Below are positions 46,271-56,273 of a stretch of 64,000 nt of DNA, one piece after another. This DNA comes from Desulfobacteraceae bacterium (GTDB lineage: Bacteria > Desulfobacterota > Desulfobacteria > Desulfobacterales > Desulfococcaceae). Below the pieces are notes generated by a model, which was not told the origin of the DNA, ran no database searches, and worked only from the letters and a program-made list of their open reading frames with translations. The first letter of the stretch is position 1. Every line of letters starts with the position of its first letter. The stretch is taken from NCBI GenBank assembly GCA_011390755.1, contig JAABRU010000007.1:14534-78533 (forward strand), read 5' to 3'. Made by a program: the position numbers and the translations under genes.

Positions 46271-46384
46271 GCATTATTGATGAACCTGTAAAAAGTCAGA
46301 TTTTTGAAAATCGCTGTTAATAAAATCAGTATATTAATGTGTGTCAAAACCTGATTTTCCGACTTTTTACGAGATCATCATTAT
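46271..46384. mobile_element. MITE-Z, copy 4
   Basis: CATTATTGATGAACCTGTAAAAAGTC ... GACTTTTTACGAGATCATCATTAT. Confidence 0.75.
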
Positions 46385-46492
46385 TTACTTTTGATAAAAA
46401 ACGCTGTATGTTTGCCAGAATAATGACAGCTGCCGGGCATTCATGCAGCAGAAAAAAACATCCCCGTTCTTTTGCGCCAAGGGAGAACAGCC

Positions 46493-47491
46493 GTGTATCT
46501 GGCAAGAAAAAAAATCAGCGGTGAAATCTGTTATTTCATCAGAGAATCCTGTCCGGGAAATCCCTATCCTCTCACCCGGGATCTCTTTGATCTGGGGAAA
46601 AATCCCGCGGAATATATTATTTATCCGGGGGGAAATGCCTATTACTTCGATGATATAATCGAAGACCGTCTTGCAGAACTGGGGGTATGTTTTCAGGAAG
46701 AAGAACTGGATGATATTTTCTGGCCCTTCCTGCATCATGAAATCCGCAGGGCCCATGAATATTTCCGTAACCGGGGGCAGTATCATAAAGAAAAAACAGC
46801 GGAAAAAATCAGCCCCTCTTCCCACTTCCATCTTTTTGACCGGCGCAGAATCCATTATTTAAAATACGCACAGATGGATCAGGGGCAAATTGGCAATGTA
46901 TCGCCCAAACTTTTTCAGGTTCTCCGGGGAAAATCCAGGGATGAAATAGAGCAGTATTTTATGGATGCGGAACGGGTACTCAGAGAGCGGGAGTATAAAA
47001 ATTATGTTTATGTGATATTTGATCTGCAAAAGCATTTTCCGCAGCATTTTGCCAAAACCATGCCCCAGGGTCTGGATCAGAATCAGGTGGATGACTGTTT
47101 TATCCGGGAAATCTGCCGCCTTTGCGAAGACAGCCGTTTCTGGATGGGGATGGAAAGCCGCGGAATTCCCAATGAGTATCTTGCGCGCTATCTGTACATG
47201 TTTTTTGATAATGATTACGGACGCAGCACCTATCTGGAGGAAATGATTCAGAACTGGATCAACAGCAAAAGGGATTTTATCCCCCCGCAGAAAAGAAGAA
47301 CTGTCAGTATGCGGGAAGCCGTTACAATCCTCGGTGTAACAGAAAGTGAGCTGCGCGGGATGAACAAAAGGGAACTGACCCGGCTGTACCGGCGCAAAGC
47401 ACGGGATATGCATCCGGATCAGGGCGGGGATCATGAAGCCTTTATCCGCCTGACCGAAGTGTATCATGAAATGCGGGATCGGAAAAAATAA
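46493..47491 (+). CDS. J-domain protein with uncharacterised N-terminal domain
   Basis: C-terminal LTRLYRRKARDMHPDQGGDHEAFIRLTEVYHEM carries the HPD motif. GTG 46493 is preceded by an AAGGGAGA RBS (the track start is TTG 46472). Confidence 0.75.
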   Translation: MYLARKKISGEICYFIRESCPGNPYPLTRDLFDLGKNPAEYIIYPGGNAYYFDDIIEDRLAELGVCFQEEELDDIFWPFLHHEIRRAHEYFRNRGQYHKEKTAEKISPSSHFHLFDRRRIHYLKYAQMDQGQIGNVSPKLFQVLRGKSRDEIEQYFMDAERVLREREYKNYVYVIFDLQKHFPQHFAKTMPQGLDQNQVDDCFIREICRLCEDSRFWMGMESRGIPNEYLARYLYMFFDNDYGRSTYLEEMIQNWINSKRDFIPPQKRRTVSMREAVTILGVTESELRGMNKRELTRLYRRKARDMHPDQGGDHEAFIRLTEVYHEMRDRKK

Positions 47492-47508
47492 TATTCGGAA
47501 AAAGAAGG

Positions 47509-47579
47509 TCAATGTCATTGACGTAAGACTCCCCTCCCACCGGGGGAGGGGAATACTCTGCTTACGTCAGTGACATTGA
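47509..47579. mobile_element. 71-bp MITE (TCAATGTCATTGACGTAAG TIRs)
   Basis: 19-bp inverted ends enclose the GC hairpin CCCCTCCC-ACCG-GGGAGGGG. Sits between the J-domain and TerB genes. Confidence 0.8.
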
Positions 47580-47594
47580 AAAGAAGGTGGCAGA

Positions 47595-48494
47595 ATGGGC
47601 CTGCTGGACAATCTGAAAAAAGTCAAAAGCCGCTATTACATGGAAGCCATTGCCGCGGGCTGTGCGATGGTGGCATTTGCCGACGGCATTGTGCGGCCCG
47701 AAGAAGTGGATAAACTGCTGGAATATGTCCGGATGGATGAAAATCTGAAAGTATTTGATTCTCTGGAAATTATTGAAACATTCGAGCAGTATATTCAGCA
47801 GTTCGGATTTGATTTTCAAATTGGAAAAGAAATGGCGCTCAAAGCCATCCGGAAAGTGGACAGGAATACCGAGGAAGCCCGTCTGCTGATTCTGGTCTGC
47901 TGTGCCATCGGTTCCGCGGACGGTGAATTTGATAATAATCAGCGACTTGTCGTTCGGGAAATCTGCCGGGTGCTGGGAATGGATCACAGACGTTTTCATC
48001 TGAATTTACAGGCCCCCTCCCCCGAAGATTTCCCCAGGGCCAAAAAATCCCGCCCCAAAAGGAGTCTGCCCCGCAATATCCCCGAATGGATGAAAAACCC
48101 GCCGAAAATTCCGGCATCTTCCCCCAAACCGCCGCGGCTTCCGGATACCGGTATTCCGGACTGGATGAAAGATCCGCCCCGTCCGGAAAAGCAGGGCAAA
48201 ACACAGGAAAATCTTCCTGAATGGATGAAACATCCCCCCCAAATCAGAAAAGTCACCGAATCGGAAAAGAACATGCCGGAGTGGATGAAAGATCCGCCGC
48301 ATCAGCCGGATGATCCGAATCAGAAGGTCAGTCTGCCGGAATGGATGCGCAATCCGCCGAAAACAGATCCCCCCGCAGGTCAAAAGGATAAAGAGCCGGA
48401 ACATATGCCGGAGTGGATGAAAGAACCGCGGCAAATACCGGCATCAGACAAAAAGGGGGATGCGGATATTCCGGAGTGGATGGAAAAACAGTAA
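47595..48494 (+). CDS. TerB-domain protein with C-terminal PEWMK repeat region
   Basis: N-terminal ...AIAAGCAMVAFADGIVRPEEVDKLLEYV...LVCCAIGSADGEFDNNQRLVVREICRVLG is TerB-like. The C-terminal half carries 7 copies of (I/L/M)P(E/D)WM(K/R)xPP. Confidence 0.75.
   Translation: MGLLDNLKKVKSRYYMEAIAAGCAMVAFADGIVRPEEVDKLLEYVRMDENLKVFDSLEIIETFEQYIQQFGFDFQIGKEMALKAIRKVDRNTEEARLLILVCCAIGSADGEFDNNQRLVVREICRVLGMDHRRFHLNLQAPSPEDFPRAKKSRPKRSLPRNIPEWMKNPPKIPASSPKPPRLPDTGIPDWMKDPPRPEKQGKTQENLPEWMKHPPQIRKVTESEKNMPEWMKDPPHQPDDPNQKVSLPEWMRNPPKTDPPAGQKDKEPEHMPEWMKEPRQIPASDKKGDADIPEWMEKQ
48075..48491 (+). repeat. coding repeat: 7 x PEWMK-PP motif
   Basis: NIPEWMKNPP, GIPDWMKDPP, NLPEWMKHPP, NMPEWMKDPP, SLPEWMRNPP, HMPEWMKEPR, DIPEWMEKQ, separated by variable 8-20-aa linkers. 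Confidence 0.9.
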
Positions 48495-48752
48495 GATCCC
48501 GGTTTTCAGATGAAGCATTGGCAGCGGGTCAAATGGACTGATGAATCAGATGTATGACTGCGGGGGCTATTGCATACGTCCCGGCAGGGGGAAATCAGTC
48601 TTTTCGGCCACCACCGAAGCATTGTGATTCGGGGGCATGTCCGAATTTATGAATATTCCGGGTAAAAAGGCGGCAGCAGGGAATTGAAAAAATGCAGGGG
48701 CAGATGGAAAACAGTCGCTGCAGAAAAGGGGAAGGGGGATGCAGCAGAACCC

Positions 48753-49397
48753 TTATTCGGAGGAACCGTCCAGATCGAATATATGACCATGCAGGTAGTT
48801 TTTGGTTTTATATTTGGTGATCTTCATCAGTTTCTGCGTAATTTTCCCCATTTTATCAACCTGTTCTCTGATTTTGTTGATTTTATCGTACAAAGGATCC
48901 TCGGGGCTGACCTCCATGAGCAGGAGTTCTGAAAAGCCCATAATGCTCTGCAGGGGCTGATTCATTTCATGGCATACGGTACCGGCCATGAGCAGCACCC
49001 CCTGCAGTTTGCGCTGCTGCGTAAGTTCAATATGGGTATTGACCCGGGTGAGCAGCTCAATGGAATTAAAGGGTTTGACCACATAATCCACCGCCCCGCA
49101 TTCAAAGCCCTTTACCACATCTTCGGTTTCGGTTTTGGCTGTCAGGAAAATAATGGGAATATCTTTTGTTTCCGGCGTATTCTTCAGTTCTGTGCAGGTT
49201 TCAAATCCGTCCATTTCCGGCATCATAATATCCAGCAGAATCAGATCCGGAATGATTTTTTTCACGGCTTTCAGTGCCTGTAAACCGTTTTGCGCAACAA
49301 CTATCTGATAACCGGACTGCTTTAAAACAGTTCCCAGTACCTGAAGATTTTTCGGATTGTCATCCACTATCAAAACACATGCTTCTGTTTTTTTCAT
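48753..49397 (-). CDS. response-regulator receiver fused to a HisKA/DHp-like domain, no ATPase domain
   Basis: VLIVDDNPKN...DLILLDIMMPEMDG...IIFLTAK...VVKPF (REC), then AGTVCHEMNQPLQSIMGFSELL (H-box). The ORF ends ~70 aa later without an HATPase_c domain. Confidence 0.8.
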   Translation of the reverse strand: MKKTEACVLIVDDNPKNLQVLGTVLKQSGYQIVVAQNGLQALKAVKKIIPDLILLDIMMPEMDGFETCTELKNTPETKDIPIIFLTAKTETEDVVKGFECGAVDYVVKPFNSIELLTRVNTHIELTQQRKLQGVLLMAGTVCHEMNQPLQSIMGFSELLLMEVSPEDPLYDKINKIREQVDKMGKITQKLMKITKYKTKNYLHGHIFDLDGSSE

Positions 49398-49749
49398 TCT
49401 GTCCCGTCCTTTTTCTCCGGAAAAATATTTCCGGCATTCGGAATATTCATCGGTGGCAGACCCGCCCCGGTCATCCGGATAATTCCGTCTCCCTCCTGAA
49501 AAAATGCACAGTCCCTTTTGCAACAGTTCGGTAAAAAAATCGGCATGAATAATTTCAGTAAGTTATAAGACTCATACAAACAATCTGGATTTAATGATTT
49601 CAGATACTTATATTTTTATGCTCTGCAAATCAGAAAAAATTACCGAACCATTGTTTTGCTATATTCATCCAAATTCTGCCCTTCCGTCAGGAAAATGTGT
49701 TTTGAGTCATAAATTGCTCACTGCGAACCCATAAAAACAGGGCAATGAA

Positions 49750-50613
49750 CTATCGTAATTCCACGCATCCGCAATGCAGCAAAGGATCAATATTCCAGTC
49801 CCGCATAAGCTCCTCTGCGGTGAGAACCGTCAGGGGAATTCCCATGCTGCGGCAGGACTCATACCAGTTGTTCCGGTGCTGTTCCAGCCTGTCCTGATAC
49901 TGTTTCTGCCCGGCATCATCAAAAAAAAGTTCACGGATTTCCCCGCTTTCCGCATCTTTGATCCGCACATTGCCGTAAAAAGAAGGGCGGAGATCCGTTT
50001 CGGACAGAATCTGGATAACAGACAGGGCTGCTGCTCCGCCGACCAGCCGGGATAATACTGCAGCCGGTTCCCCGGGAAAGAGCAGATCGCTGATCAGAAT
50101 ACGGATACTCCGGTTCCGCCAGCGGGGGGGCAGAATGGAAAGTTCTTCCGGCAGGGGCAGACGGGAGGAAAAGGAAATTCCCTGCCATGCCGAAGCCGGT
50201 TCCCGGCTGTTTTCCACCGGGTGGCAGCCGCCCAGAGTCATCCATGCGCGGCAGGAACATTTGGCGTTCCGGGCTGCCGTCCCCAGCAGAGAAGCCAGTC
50301 GGAGAGCCGCCCCGGCTTTGCTTTCCGTATTCATGGAACGGGAAGTGTCTATCAGGATATCCGCATGGGGTTCATTTTCTTCCCGGAAAAGTTTTACAAG
50401 CAGTCTGTCACTTCTGCCGTATGCGCCCCAGTCAATCCGCCGCAGATCATCTCCGGGCTGATAATCCCGGAAATCCCGGAAATCCAAAGATGCTCCCGCT
50501 GCATGTCCGATCTGCTGCCCCTGTCTGCCGGAAAATATCTCCGGAGGAATTCTGAGACGGTAAGTCATACCGTGCTGCTCTCCTTCCAGCAGGTATTTAT
50601 GATACGCATTCAT
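49750..50613 (-). CDS. DUF58 domain protein (vWA-like)
   Basis: FRDFRDYQPGDDLRRIDWGAYGRSDRLLVKLFREE is the DUF58 signature. Confidence 0.8.
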   Translation of the reverse strand: MNAYHKYLLEGEQHGMTYRLRIPPEIFSGRQGQQIGHAAGASLDFRDFRDYQPGDDLRRIDWGAYGRSDRLLVKLFREENEPHADILIDTSRSMNTESKAGAALRLASLLGTAARNAKCSCRAWMTLGGCHPVENSREPASAWQGISFSSRLPLPEELSILPPRWRNRSIRILISDLLFPGEPAAVLSRLVGGAAALSVIQILSETDLRPSFYGNVRIKDAESGEIRELFFDDAGQKQYQDRLEQHRNNWYESCRSMGIPLTVLTAEELMRDWNIDPLLHCGCVELR

Positions 50614-50847
50614 GTTTATTCTTCATTGATTTCTGTTCTCTTTCCCGCAGGGGCATACTGCAGTGCACTCTTATAGTGGTTAAGATAATTATTTTGGGCA
50701 GGCCGGGGTGAACGCAGTGAACCCCGGCATCCTGAATCTGCTGGGGTCCGTTCCTCAGCCCAACCTGCAGGAAACCCAAAAATATTTTCTTAAACACTAT
50801 AGAACCCGGGCGGGAGAGTGAACTGAGAACTGCCTGTTATTCCTGCT

Positions 50848-52908
50848 TTATTTCTCATCTTCCTGGGTACAGAAATATTCAATGGTTTTCTGCGCGCAGG
50901 TACGGCAGTAACCCAGTTTGTTGAGCATGGTGTCCACCATGCGGTCATAGAGTTTCTGGTTTTCCTCATTGGTACGGTTGGCCAGCGCGCCGATAAGACT
51001 CCCGGCCCCGGCAATGTCGGATTTAAGGCGCACATCGGTCACGGCTTTGACCAGCTCCAGATTGTCCATGAAATCATAATCCGGATCAACGGAAATTTTC
51101 TGACCGTAAATCTTGCGGATGGATGTCCGGAAACTTTCCCGCTGTTCCGTGGTTTTCAGCCCCAGTCTTTCCTCCACACTCTGGATATAGCGTTCATCAA
51201 TTTTCAGGGCACGGAGTTCCCCGGTCTGGGGATCTTTATATTTCCACATTTTATCCGGGCCCAAATTTTCCGCATCAATGCCGATAATCATATTTACATA
51301 GTTCATCACATCCTTGCGGATGGCCAGAGGTTCATCCATATAGGCATTGAACATTTCGGTCATGATGCGTTCCCGGTACAGCCCCTTCGCGGTTTTGATA
51401 TCTTCCAGATATTTGGTACGGTCATTGGCTTCGGAAACATAATCCAGAATAACCCGTTCCATTGTTTTGAAAATATCATAGGCAAACATGCACTGCCCCT
51501 CATTGGTTTCGGAACTTTCAATGAGCAGCTGCAGTGCCCTGCCCAGGTTCCGCTGTCCCATTCCTTTCTGACCGAAACGTTTGACAATGTCCGGATTCTG
51601 GTTCAGGGTATCAATAACCTCGGCCAGGGTTTTGATACTTTTCTCCCCTGCCACTTCCCCTGCCGAAAGTTTCATGGTTTCCACGGGTGTCAGTTTTTCA
51701 GAATAGGGAAGACGGGTGAGGACAACCGACACCGAGGCCGCATAATTGAGATTGGGATCCTGGTGCAGACTTTCCCGGTTGATGGTGGTTCTGGCCTCAC
51801 TGCCGATGGTATAGGCGGTAAGTTCCTTTTGCAGTTTGTAGTTGGTATTGTGGGAAACATAACAGATACGGCAGCGATCCACAATGGGGGCCTCTTCTTT
51901 TTCAGCAAGAAAACGGTTGAATTCCGAGTTATTGCTGGTGGCAATAATCAGGGTGTCAATGGGCCATTTGAATCCGTCAATCTCAATATTACGGTTCTGA
52001 ATCACCCCCAGATAGACCTGCACCAGGTCTTTTTTGTTTTTATAGATTTCATCACTGAAATGAATACCGCCCCCGGCCACCCGTGCCAGGGCACCGCGGC
52101 GCAGATCGAAACGGTAGGGGTTGTTGGTGTCGGTAATATGCAAAAGCCGCTGTATGGATTCTTCTCCCAGCAGGTCCACGGCTGAAGAGGTGATTTTGTC
52201 TTTGGCCGGATATTTTCCGGTAATGGTTCCCAGGCTTTCCATAAGAGGCACAGGCATCACTTCGACAAATGCAAACATTTTCTCCAGATCACCGTCACAG
52301 TAGTTGCGGATGTCATTCCAGATATAACCGCTGCACGCGCCCAGAGGACGGTAATCATCATAGATTTTTTCCAACTGTGCTTCCGTAAAACCCGTTTCTT
52401 TGGCCAGCCATGTTCTGGTTTCATCGGGATCATCAAAAAGATTCATGGCCAGTACCATAGGGTCCTCATAGGTCTGGGATTCAATCACTTTAATTCTGCC
52501 GTAAGTTTCCAGCTTTTCAATATCTTTAAATTTAAAAGAATATTTCCGGTTTTCGGGTTTGGAGAGGAAAGAGCGGTATTTATTGCAGAGAAAATCCACC
52601 AGAAAAGTTTTACCGTTTCCCGGTTCCCCCACCAGCACATAGGCCATTTCTTTGGAAGAACCGCCTTCGGCCGCATCCTTGACATAAGAAACAAAACTGT
52701 TGATTTCATCATACATGCCGATGACATGTTTTTTCCCTTCCCGGAAGATACTGAAATCATAGGTTGTCTTTCCGTTTACCACCACTTTCCGGATTTCGTT
52801 TTCCAGAATCATCCGGGCCACACCCTGAAAAGCATTCTCAAAACAGAGACTGCCTTCCCTTACCGCCTGCATATGTGCGCGCAGTGTTCCTTTTTTATTG
52901 TCACTCAT
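50848..52908 (-). CDS. prkA: PrkA-family serine protein kinase (AAA+)
   Basis: 686 aa. ...MAYVLVGEPGNGKTFLVDFL... The N-terminal region and overall length are typical of PrkA/YeaG. Confidence 0.9.
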   Translation of the reverse strand: MSDNKKGTLRAHMQAVREGSLCFENAFQGVARMILENEIRKVVVNGKTTYDFSIFREGKKHVIGMYDEINSFVSYVKDAAEGGSSKEMAYVLVGEPGNGKTFLVDFLCNKYRSFLSKPENRKYSFKFKDIEKLETYGRIKVIESQTYEDPMVLAMNLFDDPDETRTWLAKETGFTEAQLEKIYDDYRPLGACSGYIWNDIRNYCDGDLEKMFAFVEVMPVPLMESLGTITGKYPAKDKITSSAVDLLGEESIQRLLHITDTNNPYRFDLRRGALARVAGGGIHFSDEIYKNKKDLVQVYLGVIQNRNIEIDGFKWPIDTLIIATSNNSEFNRFLAEKEEAPIVDRCRICYVSHNTNYKLQKELTAYTIGSEARTTINRESLHQDPNLNYAASVSVVLTRLPYSEKLTPVETMKLSAGEVAGEKSIKTLAEVIDTLNQNPDIVKRFGQKGMGQRNLGRALQLLIESSETNEGQCMFAYDIFKTMERVILDYVSEANDRTKYLEDIKTAKGLYRERIMTEMFNAYMDEPLAIRKDVMNYVNMIIGIDAENLGPDKMWKYKDPQTGELRALKIDERYIQSVEERLGLKTTEQRESFRTSIRKIYGQKISVDPDYDFMDNLELVKAVTDVRLKSDIAGAGSLIGALANRTNEENQKLYDRMVDTMLNKLGYCRTCAQKTIEYFCTQEDEK

Positions 52909-53110
52909 TTTTTATCTCCCCCTGTAGTGCATTGTCAATTTTGAATCTGTGACTCCGGTTCCGCTGAAAAACCGGATTTTTTGAAAAAAACCGGTTTTTT
53001 AACCCGTAATTTCAAAGTTGACAGAGCAGTAGTCTGATACGAACGGATTGTCAGAAAATGATTGCGTAAGTAAGACTGTTCCGATCCGCTGCCCCCTGCC
53101 GGTAAATAGA

Positions 53111-53222
53111 ACTCAAGTTGCTGCCTATAAACGTAAGTTACTGATTTTTCGTTCCGGTAACTTTTGAGTATCCTGCAGCTGTCTGATTTTTGGCTGCTGC
53201 CCCGATAGGTGGCAGCGTGGGT
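53111..53222. mobile_element. ~112-bp MITE (ACTCAAGTTGCTGCCTAT...ATAGGTGGCARCKTGGGT), copy 1
   Basis: Near-identical over the first ~65 bp to 54498-54610, in the same orientation. The ends are imperfect inverted repeats. Confidence 0.75.
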
Positions 53223-53414
53223 TAAATATAAAAATCAGGAGAGCGGAGAAATGCTTCCGGACTTCTCCTTCCGACGGTGATGATACTGCTGATTTGCCGG
53301 AATTCTTATTTTCCGACTGAAAGAATTCATGTGCTTTTGCATAGTATAACAAGTCAGCATTCTATTGCAACAGGAAAGGATTTTCCGGAACAGTTTGCTG
53401 AGAAAAACAGTTTC

Positions 53415-54446
53415 TTACAAAGGACAGGGAACCCAGTCCAGTCCGCTGCTTTCATCCAGACCGCACATAATATTCATATTCTGCACAGCCTGACCCGCCG
53501 CGCCTTTGACCAGATTGTCAATGGCAGAAACCAGAATCAGCCGCTTTCCATGTATTTTACACCCGATATCACAAAAATTACTGCTTCGCACATGCAGTGT
53601 ATTGGGGATTTTTCCTTCAGGCAGGATGCGGACAAACTGTCTGCCCTGATAAAAATGCTGCAGACATTCCCGGATTTCCGCTTCTTTGGCAGTCCTGGCA
53701 AGATTTGCGTATCCTGTTGTCAGCATTCCCCGGCTCATGGGCAGCAGATGGGGAACAAAAGTAATGGAAACCTCTTTTCCGGATTCCCGGCTCAGGACTT
53801 CATCCATTTCGGGATTATGACGGTGCGCTGCCACTTTATAGGGTTTGAAGGATTCTGCCACTTCACTGTAAAGGGATGTCACGGAAGGGGATCGCCCCGC
53901 ACCGCTGACCCCGGATTTGGAATCACAGATAATCGTTTCCGTGTCAATCAGATTTTCCCGGATAAGGGGAATCAGGGGCAGCAGCACGCTGGTGGGATAA
54001 CAGCCCGGATTGCCGATAATATCCGCAGACTGTATTTCTTCCCTGTAAATTTCACTCAGTCCGTAAGCAGCTTTTTCCGACAGTTCTTTTGCACAATGGG
54101 GCTGATATGCGGATTCATACCGCTTTACATCCCGGAAGCGGAAATCTGCCGACAGGTCCACCACCCGTTTTCCCTTTTTCAGCAGTTCCGGCACAATTTC
54201 CATAGGCAGTTTATGGGGAAGGGCAGTAAAAATAATATCCGCCTTTTCACAGATGTCCTCTGTCCGGAAACTTTCGCAAAGCATATCCGCAATGCCGTAC
54301 AATGCAGGATATATGTCACTGAAGGCTGTCCCGGCATACTGCCGGGACGTAATCACGGATAATTCGGCTTCCGGATGTCCCTGTAATATCCGCACCAGTT
54401 CTGCCCCTGCATAACCTGTAGCCCCGACCACGCCGACCCGAATCAT
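53415..54446 (-). CDS. argC: N-acetyl-gamma-glutamyl-phosphate reductase
   Basis: MIRVGVVGATGYAGAELVRIL...GNPGCYPTS (catalytic Cys)...NLVKGAAGQAVQNMN. Confidence 0.95.
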   Translation of the reverse strand: MIRVGVVGATGYAGAELVRILQGHPEAELSVITSRQYAGTAFSDIYPALYGIADMLCESFRTEDICEKADIIFTALPHKLPMEIVPELLKKGKRVVDLSADFRFRDVKRYESAYQPHCAKELSEKAAYGLSEIYREEIQSADIIGNPGCYPTSVLLPLIPLIRENLIDTETIICDSKSGVSGAGRSPSVTSLYSEVAESFKPYKVAAHRHNPEMDEVLSRESGKEVSITFVPHLLPMSRGMLTTGYANLARTAKEAEIRECLQHFYQGRQFVRILPEGKIPNTLHVRSSNFCDIGCKIHGKRLILVSAIDNLVKGAAGQAVQNMNIMCGLDESSGLDWVPCPL

Positions 54447-54497
54447 AGAACCCTCCCTGTATGAATGTTGAATGTTGAATGTTAATGTTACATTTTA

Positions 54498-54610
54498 ACT
54501 CAAGTTGCTGCCTATAAACGTAAGTTACTGATTTTTCGTTCCGGTAACTTTTGGGTATCCTGTAACCGGTTGATTTTCGTTTGTCGTTTCAATAGGTGGC
54601 AACTTGGGGT
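54498..54610. mobile_element. ~112-bp MITE, copy 2 (direct orientation with 53111-53222)
   Basis: See copy 1. The two copies bracket argC. Confidence 0.75.
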
Positions 54611-54650
54611 AAATTTTAATGTTGAATGTTATTAGTGATTTCCCAATAAA

Positions 54651-54770
54651 CGGTCATGGTTTACATTCACAGCGAAACATGAAAGCTGCGCGGAGTGCGA
54701 AAAATAAGGCCGAAGCCGGTTTTTCGCAGACACTTTCATATAAACCGCCATGGTACGCAGTCACAGGGAG
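54651..54770. repeat. single unit of the CATGAAAG...CTTTCATATAAAC nested palindrome family
   Basis: CATGAAAGCTGCGCGGAGTGCGAAAAATAAGGCCGAAGCCGGTTTTTCGCAGACACTTTCATATAAACCGCCATGG is the same unit as in 12125-12615. An inverted partial copy is at ~24478-24560. Confidence 0.75.
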
Positions 54771-54865
54771 CACTGCCAAAATTCCGCTCCGGTTCGGCAC
54801 TCCTGCCGCAGTCTTTCCGATCTGCTGAAATTTATCCTGTTGTTCTTTTTTCTGCTTCAGATTCA

Positions 54866-56059
54866 TCAGAAATCCTTAAAATCATCTTCATCAAAAGGAA
54901 TCAGATGTTCGGGATCAATATCCTCTTTTTTATCCTTTGATGCGTTTTTCGACTGACCGGAAACAGGGGAGTCTGTTCTTTTTTTATGAAAATCATACTC
55001 TTCTTTCAGTGGATTTTCCACCTCTTTTCTTTTTCCGGATTCCCCGGAAAATGATTCACTTTTTTTTCTCCCGTGTATCAGTGCAACCAGTTCCTCCACA
55101 AAAGATTTCATCTGCTTGGCCTGCTGTGTCATTTCTTCCGAAGCATAGGCCGACTCTTCGGCATTGTTTGAGCTCTGCTGGGTGATTTTATCTATTTCCC
55201 CCATGGACTGTGTGAGTTGATGAATCCCTTCGGCCTGTTCATTGGAAGCCGCGGCAATTTCTCCCAGCAGCTCCCCGACTTTTTCCGCGCTCCGGGCCAC
55301 TTCTGCAAATGCCTCATTGGTACGGCCCACGATTTCCGAACCGTCATTGATTTTCTGCACAGTTTCCTGAATCAGTGCGGCCGTATTCCTTGCGGCTTCT
55401 GCCGAACGCATGGCCAGATTCCGGACTTCATCGGCCACAACAGCAAAACCGGCTCCGGCTTCTCCGGCACGGGCGGCCTCCACCGCAGCATTCAGTGCCA
55501 GCAGGTTGGTCTGGAAAGCGATTTCATCTATGGTTTTTACAATTTTGGAAGTATCCTCACTGGCCGAGGATATTTCTTTCATGGAAGAATTCAGTTCATT
55601 CATGGAGGTATTGGCCATGCTGACCACCTGATTGGCCTCTTTCATCAGCCGATCCGCCTGGTTGGCATTGTCGGCGTTTTTCTGGGTCATGGTGGACATC
55701 TGTTCCAGAGATGCTGCCGTTTCCTCCATGGAGGTTGCCTGCTCTGAAGAACCTTCTGCCAATTGGGTGCTGGAACCGGTTATGGTATTGGCGGCTTCCA
55801 GGGTTTTGGAAGATACATCCGTCAGACCGTCGGCCATATTTTCCAGTCTGGCGAAAAGACCGTGCACATCTTTTTTGATAATGAAAATCAGGGATATAAA
55901 TATCAGTATAATCAGTACAGTACTTACAGGTAGCAGATTGCTTAATAATGCAAGATATTCCGGATTCCCGTCTGCCCCTTTCGCGCAGACAGCCGCAAGG
56001 AAAATTGCGATCAGGAACTGCAGGGTAATTCCGACAAAGAGTTTGCTGTAAATTTTCAT
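54866..56059 (-). CDS. methyl-accepting chemotaxis protein
   Basis: Highly conserved signalling hairpin [37 protein letters not shown]. Two N-terminal TM segments with a short loop. ATG 56059 is preceded by GAGGAGG. Confidence 0.9.
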   Translation of the reverse strand: MKIYSKLFVGITLQFLIAIFLAAVCAKGADGNPEYLALLSNLLPVSTVLIILIFISLIFIIKKDVHGLFARLENMADGLTDVSSKTLEAANTITGSSTQLAEGSSEQATSMEETAASLEQMSTMTQKNADNANQADRLMKEANQVVSMANTSMNELNSSMKEISSASEDTSKIVKTIDEIAFQTNLLALNAAVEAARAGEAGAGFAVVADEVRNLAMRSAEAARNTAALIQETVQKINDGSEIVGRTNEAFAEVARSAEKVGELLGEIAAASNEQAEGIHQLTQSMGEIDKITQQSSNNAEESAYASEEMTQQAKQMKSFVEELVALIHGRKKSESFSGESGKRKEVENPLKEEYDFHKKRTDSPVSGQSKNASKDKKEDIDPEHLIPFDEDDFKDF

Positions 56060-56273
56060 TTTCCTCCTCACTGTTTATAATGTCTGAAAGATAAAAAAAT
56101 CGGACTCATGCTGTGTTTCAGGGCTTTTGTAAGTGCATACCGTATTAGTCATCTGAAATAATAACAATACACCCCGGTTCCGGCAGATCATCGGAAACAA
56201 GTTTATTTTAAATTATTTCAAAATGATATGATTAATATTGAAAAAGACCCCGGAATCCGGCATGAGCCAATAA

